Below are positions 40,144-53,100 of a stretch of DNA of 64,000 nt, piece by piece (position 1 is the first letter of the stretch; each line of letters opens with the position of its first letter). The translations under genes were made by a program, and so were the position numbers. The DNA comes from Hemiscyllium ocellatum. Lineage: Eukaryota. The notes below the pieces were generated by a model. The model was given only the letters and a program-made list of their open reading frames with translations. It was not told the DNA's origin and did not search any database. The stretch lies in contig NC_083435.1 in the NCBI RefSeq assembly GCF_020745735.1, positions 8,401,201 to 8,465,200 on the forward strand, given 5' to 3'.

Positions 40144-40277
40144 TCATTCTCCAGTAAAACTTTCTTGTCCATTGTTGTTCAGAAGTCTGTAATCAGAGCC
40201 AATGTTATTTTCCAACGTCTCTAAGCTTTCCAAGATGACACCATCAGAATGGAGTGCTTCTCCTGTGAATTCTATTG
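40144..40277 (-). CDS. Candidate alternative terminal exon of the BTN-like gene
   Basis: First AG after a ~60-nt AG-free stretch; phase-1 frame AIEFTGEALHSDGVILESLETLENNIGSDYRLLNNNGQESFTGE*; weak pyrimidine tract. Confidence 0.25.
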
Positions 40278-40402
40278 CTGTCCATATTCATAAAAATGTT
40301 CAATATTATGGAAGTAAAATTCCAAGTAACAAAAATATAGTTTTCTGATTTTAATCTTCATAAATCATGGAATTTCTGGAATGATTCAGAAATATCTCTT
40401 AC

Positions 40403-40429
40403 CTTCCAAAATGCAAAACAGTTGCAGCT
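40403..40429 (-). CDS. Candidate 27-nt micro-exon
   Basis: ttcttgactttcag|AGCTGCAACTGTTTTGCATTTTGGAAG|gtaaga; strong sites, frame preserving. Confidence 0.45.
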
Positions 40430-41289
40430 CTGAAAGTCAAGAACATAGTGAAGTATTATTGAGAGAGGTTCCACAGAACTGTCACACCCTTTACAATAAT
40501 GAGCACTAATTCAGCATTCAAGTCACTTTTCACGTATATGGAATTACAGAGGAACCTTGATTATCCAAATACCACAGAAATATTACATGAAAGACGTGTG
40601 TCCAACACTGATTGTGTCTTTTGTTTACAGTGATTAAAAGTGCTGCCAAGAACAGTCTTGGACTGATGGGAGTGACTGATCTCCTGCCCTCTTTCTGTGT
40701 CTCCCCACACTTTCCCTGGAGTTCTACACATATACCTAAACTCCTCTTCCCCAGATAATCTCTCCAACATTATCCTGTACAGAGCAAAGATGGAACCTGT
40801 CAAAAAGTTGCAGTAAAAAGTTGTGTGTGTGAGTTTGTGTGCGCGCCCATGTGGGTATTTGGAGACTCACCCCCTAAAGGCAGTTGCAGCAGCAGCTGCA
40901 GTCTTGTTGGTGTCCAGTCCGGTTGCCCCAGAGAGGGGCACAGGGGCAGATGGGGGGGCAGTGTTGGGGCGGGCAGAGGGCAGTGTTGGGCGGGGGTAGG
41001 TGTTGGACAGGGTTGGGAGCAGTGTTGGATGGGGTTGGGGGATGACGGGGGCTCGTGCGTGCTATGATGCTGGCTTATCTCCAGAACAGGAAGCAGATTT
41101 TACAGAAAACTCCGTGCCCCAGAGGAAAGGCATTGAATCGATTAACCAAATAATCAATTATCCAAACGAAATAGTGACTGCCCATCTCATTGGGATAATC
41201 GAGGTTCCTCTGGGTTTATGGAACTAGTTTCAAAGACAAATAACAGCAACTCTAAACAACTGGATTATGTTTTAAACTTCTACCACAGA

Positions 41290-41535
41290 ATCCATACAGT
41301 GCAGAAAGAGGTTGATCAGCCCATTGTGTCCACACTCTGTAAAGTATTCCATCCACCCCCTGTACTACAGCCAGTCCATCTAACCTGCACATCTTTGGAC
41401 TGTGGGAGGAAGCTGAGCATTTGGCAGAAACGGCAGCAGACACCAACAAAATGTACAAACTCCACACAGGCAGTCACTCAAACTGGAATCAAACACGTGT
41501 CCCTGGCACTGTGAGGCAGCAGTGCTAACCACTCA
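41290..41535 (-). mobile_element. HE1-like SINE
   Basis: acctgcacatctttggactgtgggagg..aaactccacacaggcagtca..ctgtgaggcagcagtgctaacc. Confidence 0.75.
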
Positions 41536-41700
41536 AAGTTTGATTACATTTTGACTGAAGGACAAATTTGCATTTATATCACATCTTTCATAAGGTCAGA
41601 ATTTCCAAGTTACTCGAAAACCACTATCAAAGGATGGTCAGAACTGCTATGAAGTAATTACACATTTTGCAAACAGGCTGGGTATAATTTTATTTCATAC

Positions 41701-41718
41701 CAATTGCTCTCTTCATAA
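41701..41718 (-). CDS. Candidate 18-nt micro-exon
   Basis: ttcctatttag|TTATGAAGAGAGCAATTG|gtatga; phase 1 to 1, (V)MKRAI. Confidence 0.45.
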
Positions 41719-42077
41719 CTAAATAGGAACTAAGTGTCATGCAGAAATAAAATGGGACACAGAGCTGGTGACACAAATGTGTTTCCATTTGTCTAAGACA
41801 TTGTAACAGTGTATGGTTGTGGTGCCCTGACCATTTCTCATTGAAAGGAAATTCAAAAGTTCGCCAATATGCATTTTAACACACTCCAAATTTGATCTGA
41901 ATTTTACAATTTCTAATCTCCAGCTTCATGCTCCACTGTCCTTTATATGCATCCTTTGGGAAACACCATAAGATGCTTGCTTGATATGAAAGGCAACAAG
42001 GTCAATGGTGCATTGTGGGAAGTCTGTCCTTTACTGATTCGCTGGATATCGAAGTGTGTCTGGGAAAATTAACAAAC

Positions 42078-42107
42078 CGTGAAATGCACAACTTTTCTTG
42101 GAGGAAC
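42078..42107 (-). CDS. Candidate 30-nt micro-exon
   Basis: tgtttcttatcag|GTTCCTCCAAGAAAAGTTGTGCATTTCACG|gtttgt; phase 1 to 1, GSSKKSCAFH. Confidence 0.35.
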
Positions 42108-42159
42108 CTGATAAGAAACAGATAAGTGAATGTTCTTAACTGTGGCTGACAGAAAGTCT

Positions 42160-45100
42160 GCAGCAGTGAGGTCTTTCTTGATTATATGTTGTATTGAGAT
42201 ATGTCTCTTGATTAAATGTAAAAATATAAGCCATAAGTATTAAGTTATCCTGTAGCAGCGTTTTGCAGAATAAGACAGTGCTATTTTCTGGGTCTGTAGA
42301 TTGAAAAAAGCAAAAATAGTGTTTAGTAGAGAGATATGCTCTTCTTGTCAGATCTGGGATTTTAGGGAGAGTTTATGGTTACTGAGGATGAAATCTGCAA
42401 TAAATGCCGTTGGTTGTGAATCCCATCAGATCAAATGGATCAGTTGGCAAGACAATTAGAAGCAATGAGGAATTTACAAGGGCAAGGCGGTGTGATGGAT
42501 GGCAGTTATAGGAAGGGGGAAAAGTTGCAGGTACAGTCACAAAGATGGGTTAGCTCCAGGAAAGGTAAGAGAGTAGGCAGGTAGCGCAAGAGTCTTTTGT
42601 GGCTATCACAACTTCCAACAAGTATGCTGCTTTGGAAAATGTAAGAAGTGGTGGATTCTCAGGGGAATGTACCATGAAGAGCCAGGTTTCTGGTATTGAG
42701 ACTGGCTCTAATGCAATGAGGGGTTTGTTTGGTTTCAAGAGATCAATTGTGTTCGGGACTCTCTAGTCCAAGGCACAGGCAGACATTTCTGTGGCCAGCA
42801 GCGAAACATCAGAATGGAGTGTTGCTTCTCTGGTGCCAGGATCCAGGATGTCTCAGAGAGGGTGCAGAATGTTCTCAAGGGGGAGAGAGAGAGAGAGAGA
42901 CAAGCAGGAGGTCATTGTACACATGGTACCAATGACATAGGAAAGGAAAAGGATGAGATTCTGAAGGGAGAATAGAAAATACTAGGCAGCAACTTAAAAA
43001 GAGGTCCTCGATGATAGGCTCACCTGGATTACTACTGGTGCTGTGAGCTAGTGAGGGCAGGAATAGGAGGATAGAGCAGATGAATGCATGGTTGAGGAGC
43101 TGGTCTATGAGAGAAGGATTCACATTATTAGATCATTGGAATCTGTTCTGGGGTAGACGTGATCTGCACAAGAAGGAGGGATTGTACTTGAATTGGAAGG
43201 GGATTAATATATTGGCAGGGAGATTTGCTACAGCTGTTCGAGAGGATTTAAACTATTAAGGTGGGGGGATAGGACCCAGGAAGCTAGTGAGGAAAGAGAT
43301 CAATCGGAGACTGGTACAATTGAGAACAGGAGCGAACCAAACAGTCAGGGCAGGCAGGGACAAGGTAGGACTAATAAATTAAATTGCATTTATTTCAATG
43401 CAAGAGACCTAACAAGGAAGACAGATGAACTCAGGGCATAGTTAGGAACATGGGACTGGGATATCATACCAATTACAGAAACATGGCTCAGGGATGGATA
43501 GGACTGGCAGCTTAATGTTCCAGGATACAAATGCCAAAGGAAGGATAGAAAGAGAAACGAGAGAGGAGGGGGCATGGCGTTTTTGAAAAGGGATAGCATT
43601 ACAGGTGTACTGAGGGAGGATGTTCCCTGAAATACATCCAGGGAAGTTATTTGAGTGGAACTGAGAAATACGAAAGGGATGATTATCTTATTGGGATTGT
43701 ATTATAGACCCCCTAGTTGTCAGAGGAAAATTGAGAAACAGATTTGTAAGGAGATCTCAGTTATCTGTAAGAATAATAGGGTAGTTATGGCCGGGGATTT
43801 TAACTTTCCAAACATAGACCTGGATTGCCATAGTGTTAAAGGTTTAGATGGTGAGGAATTTGTTAAGTGTGTACAATACAATTTTCTGATTCAGTATGTG
43901 GATGTAGCTACTAGAGAAGGTGCAAAACTTGACCTACTCTTGGGAAATAAGGCAGGGCAGATGACTGAGATGTCAGTGGGGGAGCACTTTGGGGCCAGCG
44001 ATCATAATTCTATTAGATTTAAAATAGTGATGGAAAAGGATAGACCAGATCTAAAAGTTGAAGTTTTAAACTGGAAGAAGGCTAATTATGACAGTATTAG
44101 GCAAGAACTTTCAAAAGCTAATTAAGGGCAGATGTTCGCAGGTAAAGGGATGGCTGGAAAATGGGAAGCCTTCAGAAATGAGATAACAAGAATCCAGAGA
44201 CAGTATATTCCTGTTAGGGTGAAAGGAAAGGTTGGTAGGTGTAGGGAATGCTGGATGACTAAAGAAATTGAATGTTTGGTTAAGAAAAAGAAGGAAGCAT
44301 ATGTTAGGTATGGACAGGAGAGATCAGATGAATCCTTAGAAGAGTATAAAGGCAGTAGGAGTATACTTAAGAGGGAAATCAGGAGGGCAAAAAGGGGACA
44401 TGAGATAGCTTTGGCAAATAGAGTTAAAGAGAATCCAAAGGGTTTTTACAAATACATTAAGGACAAAAGGCTAACTAGGAAGAGAATAGGGCCCCTCAAA
44501 TATCAGCAAAGCAGCCTTTGGGTGGAACTGCAGGAGATGGAGGAGGTACTAACTGAGTATTTTGTATCAGTGTTTACTGTGAAAAAAGACATGGAAGGCA
44601 GGGAATGTAGGGAAATAGATGGTGACATCTTGAAAAATGTCCATATTACAGAGGAGGAAGTGCTGGATGTCTTGAAACGCATAAAAGTGGATAAATCCCC
44701 AGGACCTGGTCAGGTGTACCCTAGAACTCTGTGGGAAGCTAGGGAAGTGATTGCTGGGCCCATTGTTGAGATATTTGTATCATCAATAATCACAGGTGAG
44801 GTGCTGGAAGACTGGAGGTTGGCTAACGTGGTGCCACTATTTAAGAAGTGTGACAAAGACACGCCAGGGAACTATAGACCAGTGAGCCTGACATCGGTGG
44901 TTGGCAAGTTTATGGAGAGAATCCTGAGGGATAAGATGTACATGTGTTTGGAAAGGCAAGGACTGATTAGGGATAGTTAACATGGCTTTATGCATGGAAA
45001 ATCCTGTCTCACAAACTTGATTGATTTTTTTTGAAGAAGTAATAAAGAAGATTGATGAGGGCAGAGCAGTAGATGTGACCTATATGGACTTCAGTAAGGC

Positions 45101-46240
45101 ATTCGACAAGGCTCCCCATGGGATACTGGTTATCAAGGTTAGATCTCATGGAATGCAGGGAGAACTAATCATTTTATACAGAACTGGCTCAAATGTAGAA
45201 GACAGACAGCGGTGGTGAAGGGTTATTTTTCAGACTGGAGACCTGTGACCAGTGGAGTGCCACAAGGATTGGTGCTGGGCCCTCTACTTTTCATCATTTA
45301 TATAAATGATTTGGATGTGAGCATAAGGGGTACTTAAGTAAGTTTGCATTGACACCAAAATTGGAGGTGTAGTGGACAGTGAAGAAGGTTACCTCAGATT
45401 ACAATGGGATCTTGATCAGATGGGCCAATGGGACTGAGAACTGGCAGTTGGAGTTGAATTTAGATCAATGTGAGGTGCTGCATTTTGGGAAAGCAAAACT
45501 TAGCAGGATTTATACACTTAATGGTAAGGTTCTGGGGTGTGTTGCTGAACAAAAAGAGCTTGGAGTGCAGGTTCACAGCTCCTTGAAAGTGGATAATGAA
45601 GAAGGCATTTGGTATGCTGTCCTTTACTGATCAAAGTATTGAGTACAGGAGTTGGGAGGTCATGTTGTGGCTGTACAGGACATTGGCTAGGCCACTGATG
45701 GAATATTGCGTATAAGTCTGGTCTCTCTCCTATTGGAAAGATGTTGTGAAACTTGAAAAGTTTCAGAAAAGATTTACAAGGATGTTGCCAGAGTGGAGGG
45801 TTTGAGCTATAGGGAAAGATTGAATAGGCTGGAGTTATTTTCCTTGGAGCATCGGAGGCTGAGGGGTGAACTTATAGAGGTTTATAAAACCATGAGTGGC
45901 ATGGATAGGATAAATAGACAAAGTCTCTTCCCTGGAGTGGGGAATTCCAGAACTAGAGGGCATAGATTTAGGGTGAGAGGGGAAAGATATACAAAAGACC
46001 TGAGAGGTAATTCTTTCACGCAGAGGGTGGTACATGTATAGAATGAGCTGCCAGAGGATGTGGTGGAGGCCAGTACGACTGCAACATTTAAGAGGCATCT
46101 AGATGGGTTCATGAATAGGAACTGTTTGGAGGGATATGAGCAGGGTGCTGGCAGGTGCAACTAGATTGGGTTGGGATATCTGGTCAGCATAGACGAGTTG
46201 GATCGAAGGGTCAGTTTCTGTATTGTACATCTCTATGACT
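42160..46240 (+). mobile_element. Near full-length decayed CR1 LINE (ORF1 esterase remnant, APE, RT)
   Basis: ORF1-like DSLV..GARIQDVSERVQ..EVIVH..TNDIG at ~42760-42940; APE GLYYRPP..GDFNFPNI..SDHN (43655-44125); RT PGNYRPVSLTSVVGK, YMDFSKAFDK; multiple stops; CR1 tail. Confidence 0.92.
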
Positions 46241-46599
46241 CTATGATTCTAACATTCCCAAAGGACAGTTCCATCTAAAAGTGCTGAAAATATTCAGCTG
46301 ATCAGACAGCATCAGTGGAAGGAATACTAAAGTTAAAATTTCAGGTCAATCAGCTTTCCTTAGAGCCTGGGTAAGGAGCTAAACTGGCCAGTATTTGTTC
46401 TGATCATGTAGTGTAGGATAAATGTTGAAACAGAGGGGGTAGGATTGGTTTCAGAATGTTTCAGTTGGACAGTTTGTTGATGAAAATGTCCTGAAGTCTC
46501 ACTCAAAGAAGAAATACAGTTAAGTTGTGAAAATGAGAGCATCCTTTTCAACTGGAGTGAACTGGCTGCCACCCTACAATTCGGATCATTGAAGATCCA

Positions 46600-47100
46600 C
46601 ATTACTGTAAATAATTTCTGAATCCGTCTGTTCAGAGATGCTATTATACACCTCTAGAGCAGGTGAGACTCCTGTCTCAGGAGGTAGGGAGCTTAAAAAT
46701 GTGTTGCTGGAAAAGCGCAGCAGGTCAGGCAGCATCAAAGGAGCAGGAAAATCGATGTTTCGGCCATAAGCCCTTCTTCAGGCAAGATTCTTGAAGAAGG
46801 GTTTATGCCCAACACGTCGATGCTCCTGCTCCATTGCTGCTGCCTGACCTGCTGTGTTTTTTCAGCAACACATTTTTAAGCTCTGATCTCCAGCATCTGC
46901 AGTCCTCACTTTCTCCTCAGGTGGTAGGGACACTACCACTGCAACACAAGCTCCACTCCATGTTGTTGTATTTATTTTCCTGGACAATCTATTCAGAGAT
47001 GTTATGACACGCCTCTGGGGCAGGAGAGACTTGAACTTGGGCCTCCTGGTTCAGAGGTAGGGACACTACCACACAAGCACTCCTCCACATTGTTGTATAT
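46600..47100 (-). repeat. Two tandem copies of a tRNA-derived SINE head, the first split by a fold-back insert
   Basis: ttcagagatg..cctct..gcagg..gaggtagggacactaccac occurs at ~46630-46950 and ~46990-47080. Confidence 0.55.
46691..46915. mobile_element. Fold-back Penelope-derived insert with two mutated hammerheads
   Basis: Palindrome homologous to 19731-19952; 15-bp flanking repeat CTCAGG(A/T)GGTAGGGA at 46676-46690 and 46916-46930. Confidence 0.85.
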
Positions 47101-47616
47101 TAGCCATATGAAACTGCTTCATCCGTTGCTCTAACCTTTGAGATATCTTATTCATACAGGTGTAATCCAAGTCAGACCGTGCATAACTAGAATCAAGAGC
47201 GACCTACTCAGTGCCTTTCATGAGGTCACATGATATACAGTGAGAAAGGATCAGATTAGAGTAGCTTTAATTCCATGGGATGATTTTGAGTTGCTCCGTG
47301 AGCTCCATGATATCAGAGCCAGAGAAAAACATACCAGGTGATCTTCTCTTCATTCACATAGTATAATAATAATCAGATGTGAAGGTGTGTCAGACACAAC
47401 AGGAGGAGTGCAGTATAATGTGGTTGGGGAAACAAAACAGATGGAACTACATTTGTCATTCATTATACCATAAGCAGAAACAGAATTATCATGAAATCAA
47501 TATCTCTAGCCTCGTATCTGGACCTATGTCCAATAACACAACAAGGCTGTTACTTATGCAGCATTTTAAACAGTCTTTTTATTGGAATAATACTGAATTG
47601 CAAGTTGTGCTCCTAC

Positions 47617-47736
47617 CTTTGATCCTTTTACGTTTTCTTCTATGGAACATTATTTCAAGAATGATAATGATAATCACAAGGGCTGCGAACACCCAGAAAA
47701 CTATCAGCCACACATTGACCTTGGGAAAGAATATTT
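47617..47736 (-). CDS. Butyrophilin-like transmembrane exon
   Basis: ttattttctag|AA...AAAG|gtagga; 120 nt, phase 1 to 1; EIFFPKVNVW-LIVFWVFAALVIIIIILEIMF-HRRKRKRIK. Confidence 0.9.
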
Positions 47737-47782
47737 CTAGAAAATAAAACAAAAATAGAATCAATAGAATAAAAGACTTAGT

Positions 47783-49212
47783 AGAAGGCTCATGTCACTC
47801 CATTCACTCCACCCAATAATTCCTGAAGACCAAAGACACTAAGATAGAGGAGGATGAAATAATGGTCTCCTTTGATGTGACAGCCCTGCTCACATCCATC
47901 AGCATCAACCTGGCCAAGGAAACACTGACTACACTATTAGAAGATCCAAAGACACTTACACCAACTACATCAGCAAGGAGAATATCATCAAGCTAGTGGG
48001 CCTATGCCTTTCAACCCACTTCACCTTCAACAACAAAACCTACAGATAAACCAACGGAACACACATGGGATCTCCAATATCAGGGTTCTTAGCAGAGGCA
48101 GTAATGCACAGACTCGAACAAACAGCTCTGCCAACCATTCAACCCAAACTTTGGGTTCGCTACATGGATGACATCTTTGTCATCACTAATAAAACAAAAT
48201 TAGTAGAAAGCTTCAAGACCATCAATAATATGCTTACTGGCATAACATTCACTAAAGAGGAGGTAAATAACAACAAACTACCATCCTAGATGTCACAGTA
48301 GAGCGAACAACCAATGGGGAACTTCAAACCAGTGTCTACAGGAAAACAACACATACAGACCAAATATTGAACTACAGAAACAATTATCTCAACATCCACA
48401 AATGAAGCTGCATCGGAACATTATTCCAACGAACAAAAACACACTGCAACACAGAGGAACTACACAGGGCAGAGGAAAATCACCTCTGGTTACCCAATGA
48501 ACACAGTCCGCCAATTTCTCAGCAACAAACCCAAACAAGCAGACAAAACAAGTCCAGAAGCCCTTGCCACTCTCCCCTACATTAAAGACATCTTGGAAAT
48601 GACTGCCAGACTACTCAGATCCCTTGGCATCACAGTAGCCCACAAACCCACCAACACACTAAAACAGCAGCTGATGAACTTGAAAGACCCTATACAGACA
48701 ACAAGCAAAACTAATGTCATTTACAAAATACCGTGCAAGGACTATAACAAACACAACATTGGATAAACAGGCAAAAAGCTAGCCACCAGGATACATGAAC
48801 ATCAACTAGCCACAAAATGACATGACCCTGTCTCACTAGTATCCTTACATACAGATAAGGAAGGGCACCACTTCGACTGGGACAATACATCCATCCTAAG
48901 AGAATCCAAACAGAGACATGCATGAGAATTATTAGAAGCAATGCATTCCAATCTGAACTCTATCAGCAAACATTGACATGGCTCCCATTACCAGCCTCCC
49001 AAGAAAAAGAACAGGAAATGACATCATCACAGGAAATGGCATTACCAACACAAGAAAACACAAATAGAAAGCAGGAAGCACCAGCAGTGCTTTGTCTGGA
49101 GGCTCACTGAAGATATTCCCTAGTATGGTGACAAAATATCTGAAAATGAACCTTCCAGCTCAGCGAGTAAACCTACAACCAGAACCTCAACCTGAGCTAC
49201 AAATCTTCTCAA
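47783..49212 (+). mobile_element. 5'-truncated Penelope-like element (RT, GIY-YIG, degenerate hammerhead)
   Basis: MVSFDVT, MGSPISG, WVRYMDDIF (RT); NVIYKIPCKD..IG..HEHQ (GIY-YIG); tca-CTGAAGA-tattccc-tagtat-ggtgac-AAAA-TATC-tga at 49104-49143. Confidence 0.9.
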
Positions 49213-49915
49213 GCCCCACTAAGAGAATCAATGTCTCGTTAGAAATATGCAATCCCAATTAAGGTTTCAAGTTTATTCTGGTCATTAGACTCGTACCAGA
49301 TGTCTATCTGCTGACTCAGGGCACCTTTAACAACACCAGAGGTTCAGAGCTTGGGGCATTCATTTTAACTGTGGCAGCATCAACTTAGCACAGATTCAGG
49401 GTTGATGGAAAATTGGTGTTTGAATGAGCACAGATCACGGAGTGGGTGGGATGGGGTTGGAAAACATAGATGGAGTAACATAATCACTACAAGTATTGTG
49501 TACAAGTTAATTGATGGAAGTAAGAAAGAATATCTTCTTCAAAATCAGAAACTTTGCATTAGTCTGGGTACATCAAGAGTTAGCCCTAACATAATTACAA
49601 TAGGGGTTTACAAGAAGCTTAATAGAGGGAATTAAATTGCACAGAAAAGGGAAAATCTTTGAAGTTCATGCATCTTTCTGCTGCGAACTGTGGCCTCTGT
49701 TGAACCATGAGCACATGTGAATAGATTTGAGAAAGGGATCTGGTTTGTACTAGCTGTGGTCCCTCAGTTCTTGACTAACTGGCTGGAAAATACCATTGGG
49801 AATGCACACAAGAGCAGAATTGATAACCATTGAATGAATACCTTCAGAACAGGGGGAAACAGATTTGCACAATAAGTTTTGTCATAAAACAAACAATAAA
49901 AGGTTGCTCACATAC

Positions 49916-50200
49916 CTGGTATCTGAAGACGGGCTTCTTTTACTTTGTTCAATAAATTGTTTTGCATTAGACAGGAGAATCTGTTCATGGAGTCACTTGT
50001 TACATCAATTTGAGTTAAAACAGTAAAAAGGCCATTGCTATCTTTTTGGTGAGTTGTTTCAGGTTTTGCATTTGCAGCTTTTTGATTTCCATCTAGCCAC
50101 TGCACACTTGGTTCAGGATACCACCCATCTGATTTACATGCAAGACGAACTCCTTTGCTACTGGTTCCCTCCAAGTGAATCCAAGGCTGCTGTCCAATAC
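49916..50200 (-). CDS. Butyrophilin-like IgC exon
   Basis: attgcag|GT...CCAG|gtatgt; 285 nt, phase 1 to 1; VRLACKSDGWYPEPSVQWLD..GLFTV..FSCLMQNNLL. Confidence 0.93.
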
Positions 50201-50917
50201 CTGCAATTAGAAGTCCATTCTCTATGACATTAAAAATCGTTAATGTGATCAATGAAAATTACTCTCCTAATGTTTACTGTGGCAGTGGATATGACGAACC
50301 AAAATCTGCTAACAAAAAGATGAATAATGTTGCAGTCCTTGTTTCACAGCACCCCACTTTTTCCAAACCAAAGTTTGAAAAAAAAAACTAAAAATAAAAT
50401 TGATGGGTATGGATTATTTGTTTTAAAAGTTTATGTCCAATTGTTGGCAAATAATCACATGATGCAATTTTTTTGACTTCTGTGTGAATCTTGTCTGGAA
50501 CATTTCAATTAAATTGAAGTACAGTTATTTTAACTACCAAAACAAGATCATTTCTGTCAATTACTTCATTTTTTTTCCATTTCTGAAATCATTATTGTTA
50601 TTTTTCTCACCTTTAAAACTTGATATTCTCCCTACTGACCTTCACAATTCTACATATACTCTAAGCAATAGAGTCAAAACTGTGACGTTTATGTCCCATC
50701 CCGCACAAAGATGCATTTGTCAATCAATCACTCATTCTCACTGACATACATCAGCTCCAAATCCTAACAGTAGTAATTTCGAATCATTTTTATTTTTTCC
50801 AAATACCCAAGACTTTTTATCATCTACCTCTGAAGGATTTTTCAGTCTTAAACCATCTTCTGGGCCCCTGCATGTTTTCTCTGCGTGTTCACAATGCAAC
50901 CAACCCAATTCTCCATG

Positions 50918-51356
50918 ACAGATTAGAGCGACTGGGCTTGTATACGCTTGAGTTTAGAAGGCTGAGAGGGGATCTGATTGAGATGTGTAAGATTATTAAA
51001 GGATTGGACGCTCTGGAGGCAGGAAACATGTTTCTGCTGATGGGTGAGTCCCGAACCAGAGGACAGAGTTTAAAAATAAAGGGTAGGCCACTTAGAACAG
51101 AATAGAGGAGAAATGTTTTCACCCAAAGAGTGGTGGGTGTATGGAATGCTCTGCCCCAGAAGGCTGTGGATGTCAAGTCTCTGGATACTTTCAAGAAAGA
51201 GTTGGATAAAGCTCTTAAGGATAGTGGAATCAAGGGTTACGGGGATAAGACAGGATACTGATTGAGGATGATCAGCCATGATCATAATGAATGGTGGTGC
51301 TGACTCGAAGGGCAGAATGGCCTATTCCTGCACCTATTGTCTATTTTCTATTGTCT
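50918..51356 (+). mobile_element. CR1 LINE 3' fragment
   Basis: RLERLGLYTLEFRRLRGDLIE; tail ctattgtct. Confidence 0.88.
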
Positions 51357-52039
51357 ACATACTCTTTATATTCCATTGGTTCCTTTCCTTTTGCTCTGTC
51401 TTTGTAAACAGTCAATCTCTCCTCCTATAACCAAACATCATTCCTTACATAGACATGGCATAATTGGTTAAACTCTCACCTCTCTAACCTCTAGGTTGTA
51501 TGTTGAAGTCCCACTGCGTAGATCAGAACAAATAATCAAGGCTGGTCAAGTTGCAATATTTTGGAAAAAGCTGTTAAACCAAGGCCCTGCCTGATCTCCC
51601 AAACAGCATAAGTCAAAGTCTGGGAATTAGATCATTTATGGTTGAAACAGTGTCTGTTGTCCAGTTTAATGCATGTTGTCCAGTTCTGACTGATGGACAA
51701 TAGTAAGACAAGCTCAGCAATACATCTTTGAGGCATTTTTATGTATAGGTTGCAAGTGACTGTAGAGAGCAACAGTTGTAATCTAATATTGTTTTGAATC
51801 AATTATTATTACCAAGTGATTCAAATTTGAAATGAATAAACAAATTTCTTTACTTTAGGATTAACAGGACATTTTCTTCAGGTTCAATTAGTTGAATAGT
51901 TGCTGAAGCATCTCTTCACCACATTCCACCACCACAACAGTGTTCCCAGTACCGTATATGGGAGTTTCTTTCTCTGACCTCTTTTTTCTTGCTTAGTAAG
52001 TCACTTGATAAAAGCCAGTTCATTATTTCACACCTTGCA

Positions 52040-52285
52040 AGTAGCATAGAATCCCTACTGTGGTGAAAGAGGCCATTCAGCCCAAGAAATCTACATTGAT
52101 CATCTGTAGAGCATCCCACACCCTACACATCCTTTGGCTAAAGCACCTAGCCTGCACATCTTTGGACTGTGGAACACAGCCAGAGCACCTGAAGGAAACC
52201 TACACAGATACATACAACTCCATAGTAGCCCGAGAGTGGAATTGAACCCCCATCCCCTGGCGCTGTGCTGCAATGCTAATCACGA
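52040..52285 (-). mobile_element. HE1-like SINE
   Basis: gcctgcacatctttggactgtgg..gagtggaattgaaccc..ctggcgctgtg. Confidence 0.7.
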
Positions 52286-52752
52286 AGCCACTGTGCTGCC
52301 CAGTGTGCGTTAAAGGTCTGGGATTCCTGTTACGTCCAAATTAAAGAGATATCATCCTGATGAACCAAGTACACCCTCGGTCTTCACCTGCATTAATAAA
52401 CTAAAAGAAAATGAATTGAGTGAACTCTTACGTACAACAAATGCACTGCTTCCGAGTAAACATTTAAACACATTCACTCATAAGTTCTCCTAACGTGAAG
52501 AAAAAGCAAAAAAAAGACAGGTTCTGAAACTGTAATCAAACAGTTGTATTTAAACTGTGATGATACAAGTGAATAATTTTAATTGAATACCAGCATACAT
52601 TTTCAGCATGAACCACTAATGATAGCACTGTGGTTTAGTCACAAATATCTTTTATTTTTGGGTTACTCCGCATTTTATTTTCATGTATTGCTTTGAAGTT
52701 GCAGCTTTTTTTTAAACTTGCCAATTTGCAAATTATAATGATATGCACTAAC

Positions 52753-53100
52753 CTCCAATTTTGAGATTTATCACTGCTTCCTCATAGCTTGACTTGAAGT
52801 CAATAAAACATGTGTAGATCCCTTCATCTGATGCTTTTACTTTCTTCAGTTTCAGAGAAGCATTTCCATTGAGAAAATCATTTTTAAAAAGTTCAGTTCT
52901 CTCTCGGTAATCCTTATCCTGCAGATCAGGACGATCCTGTTTACCAGCGTATAAATGGACTGGTGTAGTAAAGTCTAACTTAAACCATCGAACCTCCAGA
53001 TCTTCCAAAGATGTACTTGGTACCACATGGCATGGTAATACAGCATCATCACCGACAGTGACTATAATGGGTTCATCGAATCCAATGACATCAAATGTCT
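52753..53100 (-). CDS. Butyrophilin-like IgV exon
   Basis: ttttaccag|AG...GGAG|gttagt; 348 nt, phase 1 to 1; VGDDAVLPCH..EVRWFK..YRERTELF..GNASLKL..SDEGIYTCF. Confidence 0.95.

Noticed and set aside
40736-40796. 61-nt (or 39-nt) candidate exon with good splice sites
   Set aside because: It shifts phase 1 to 2, or starts with a stop, and I found no compensating exon to restore the B30.2 frame.
40820-41070. G-rich segment as a promoter or G-quadruplex element
   Set aside because: Degenerate GGGGCAG-type low complexity with few CpGs and no linked feature.
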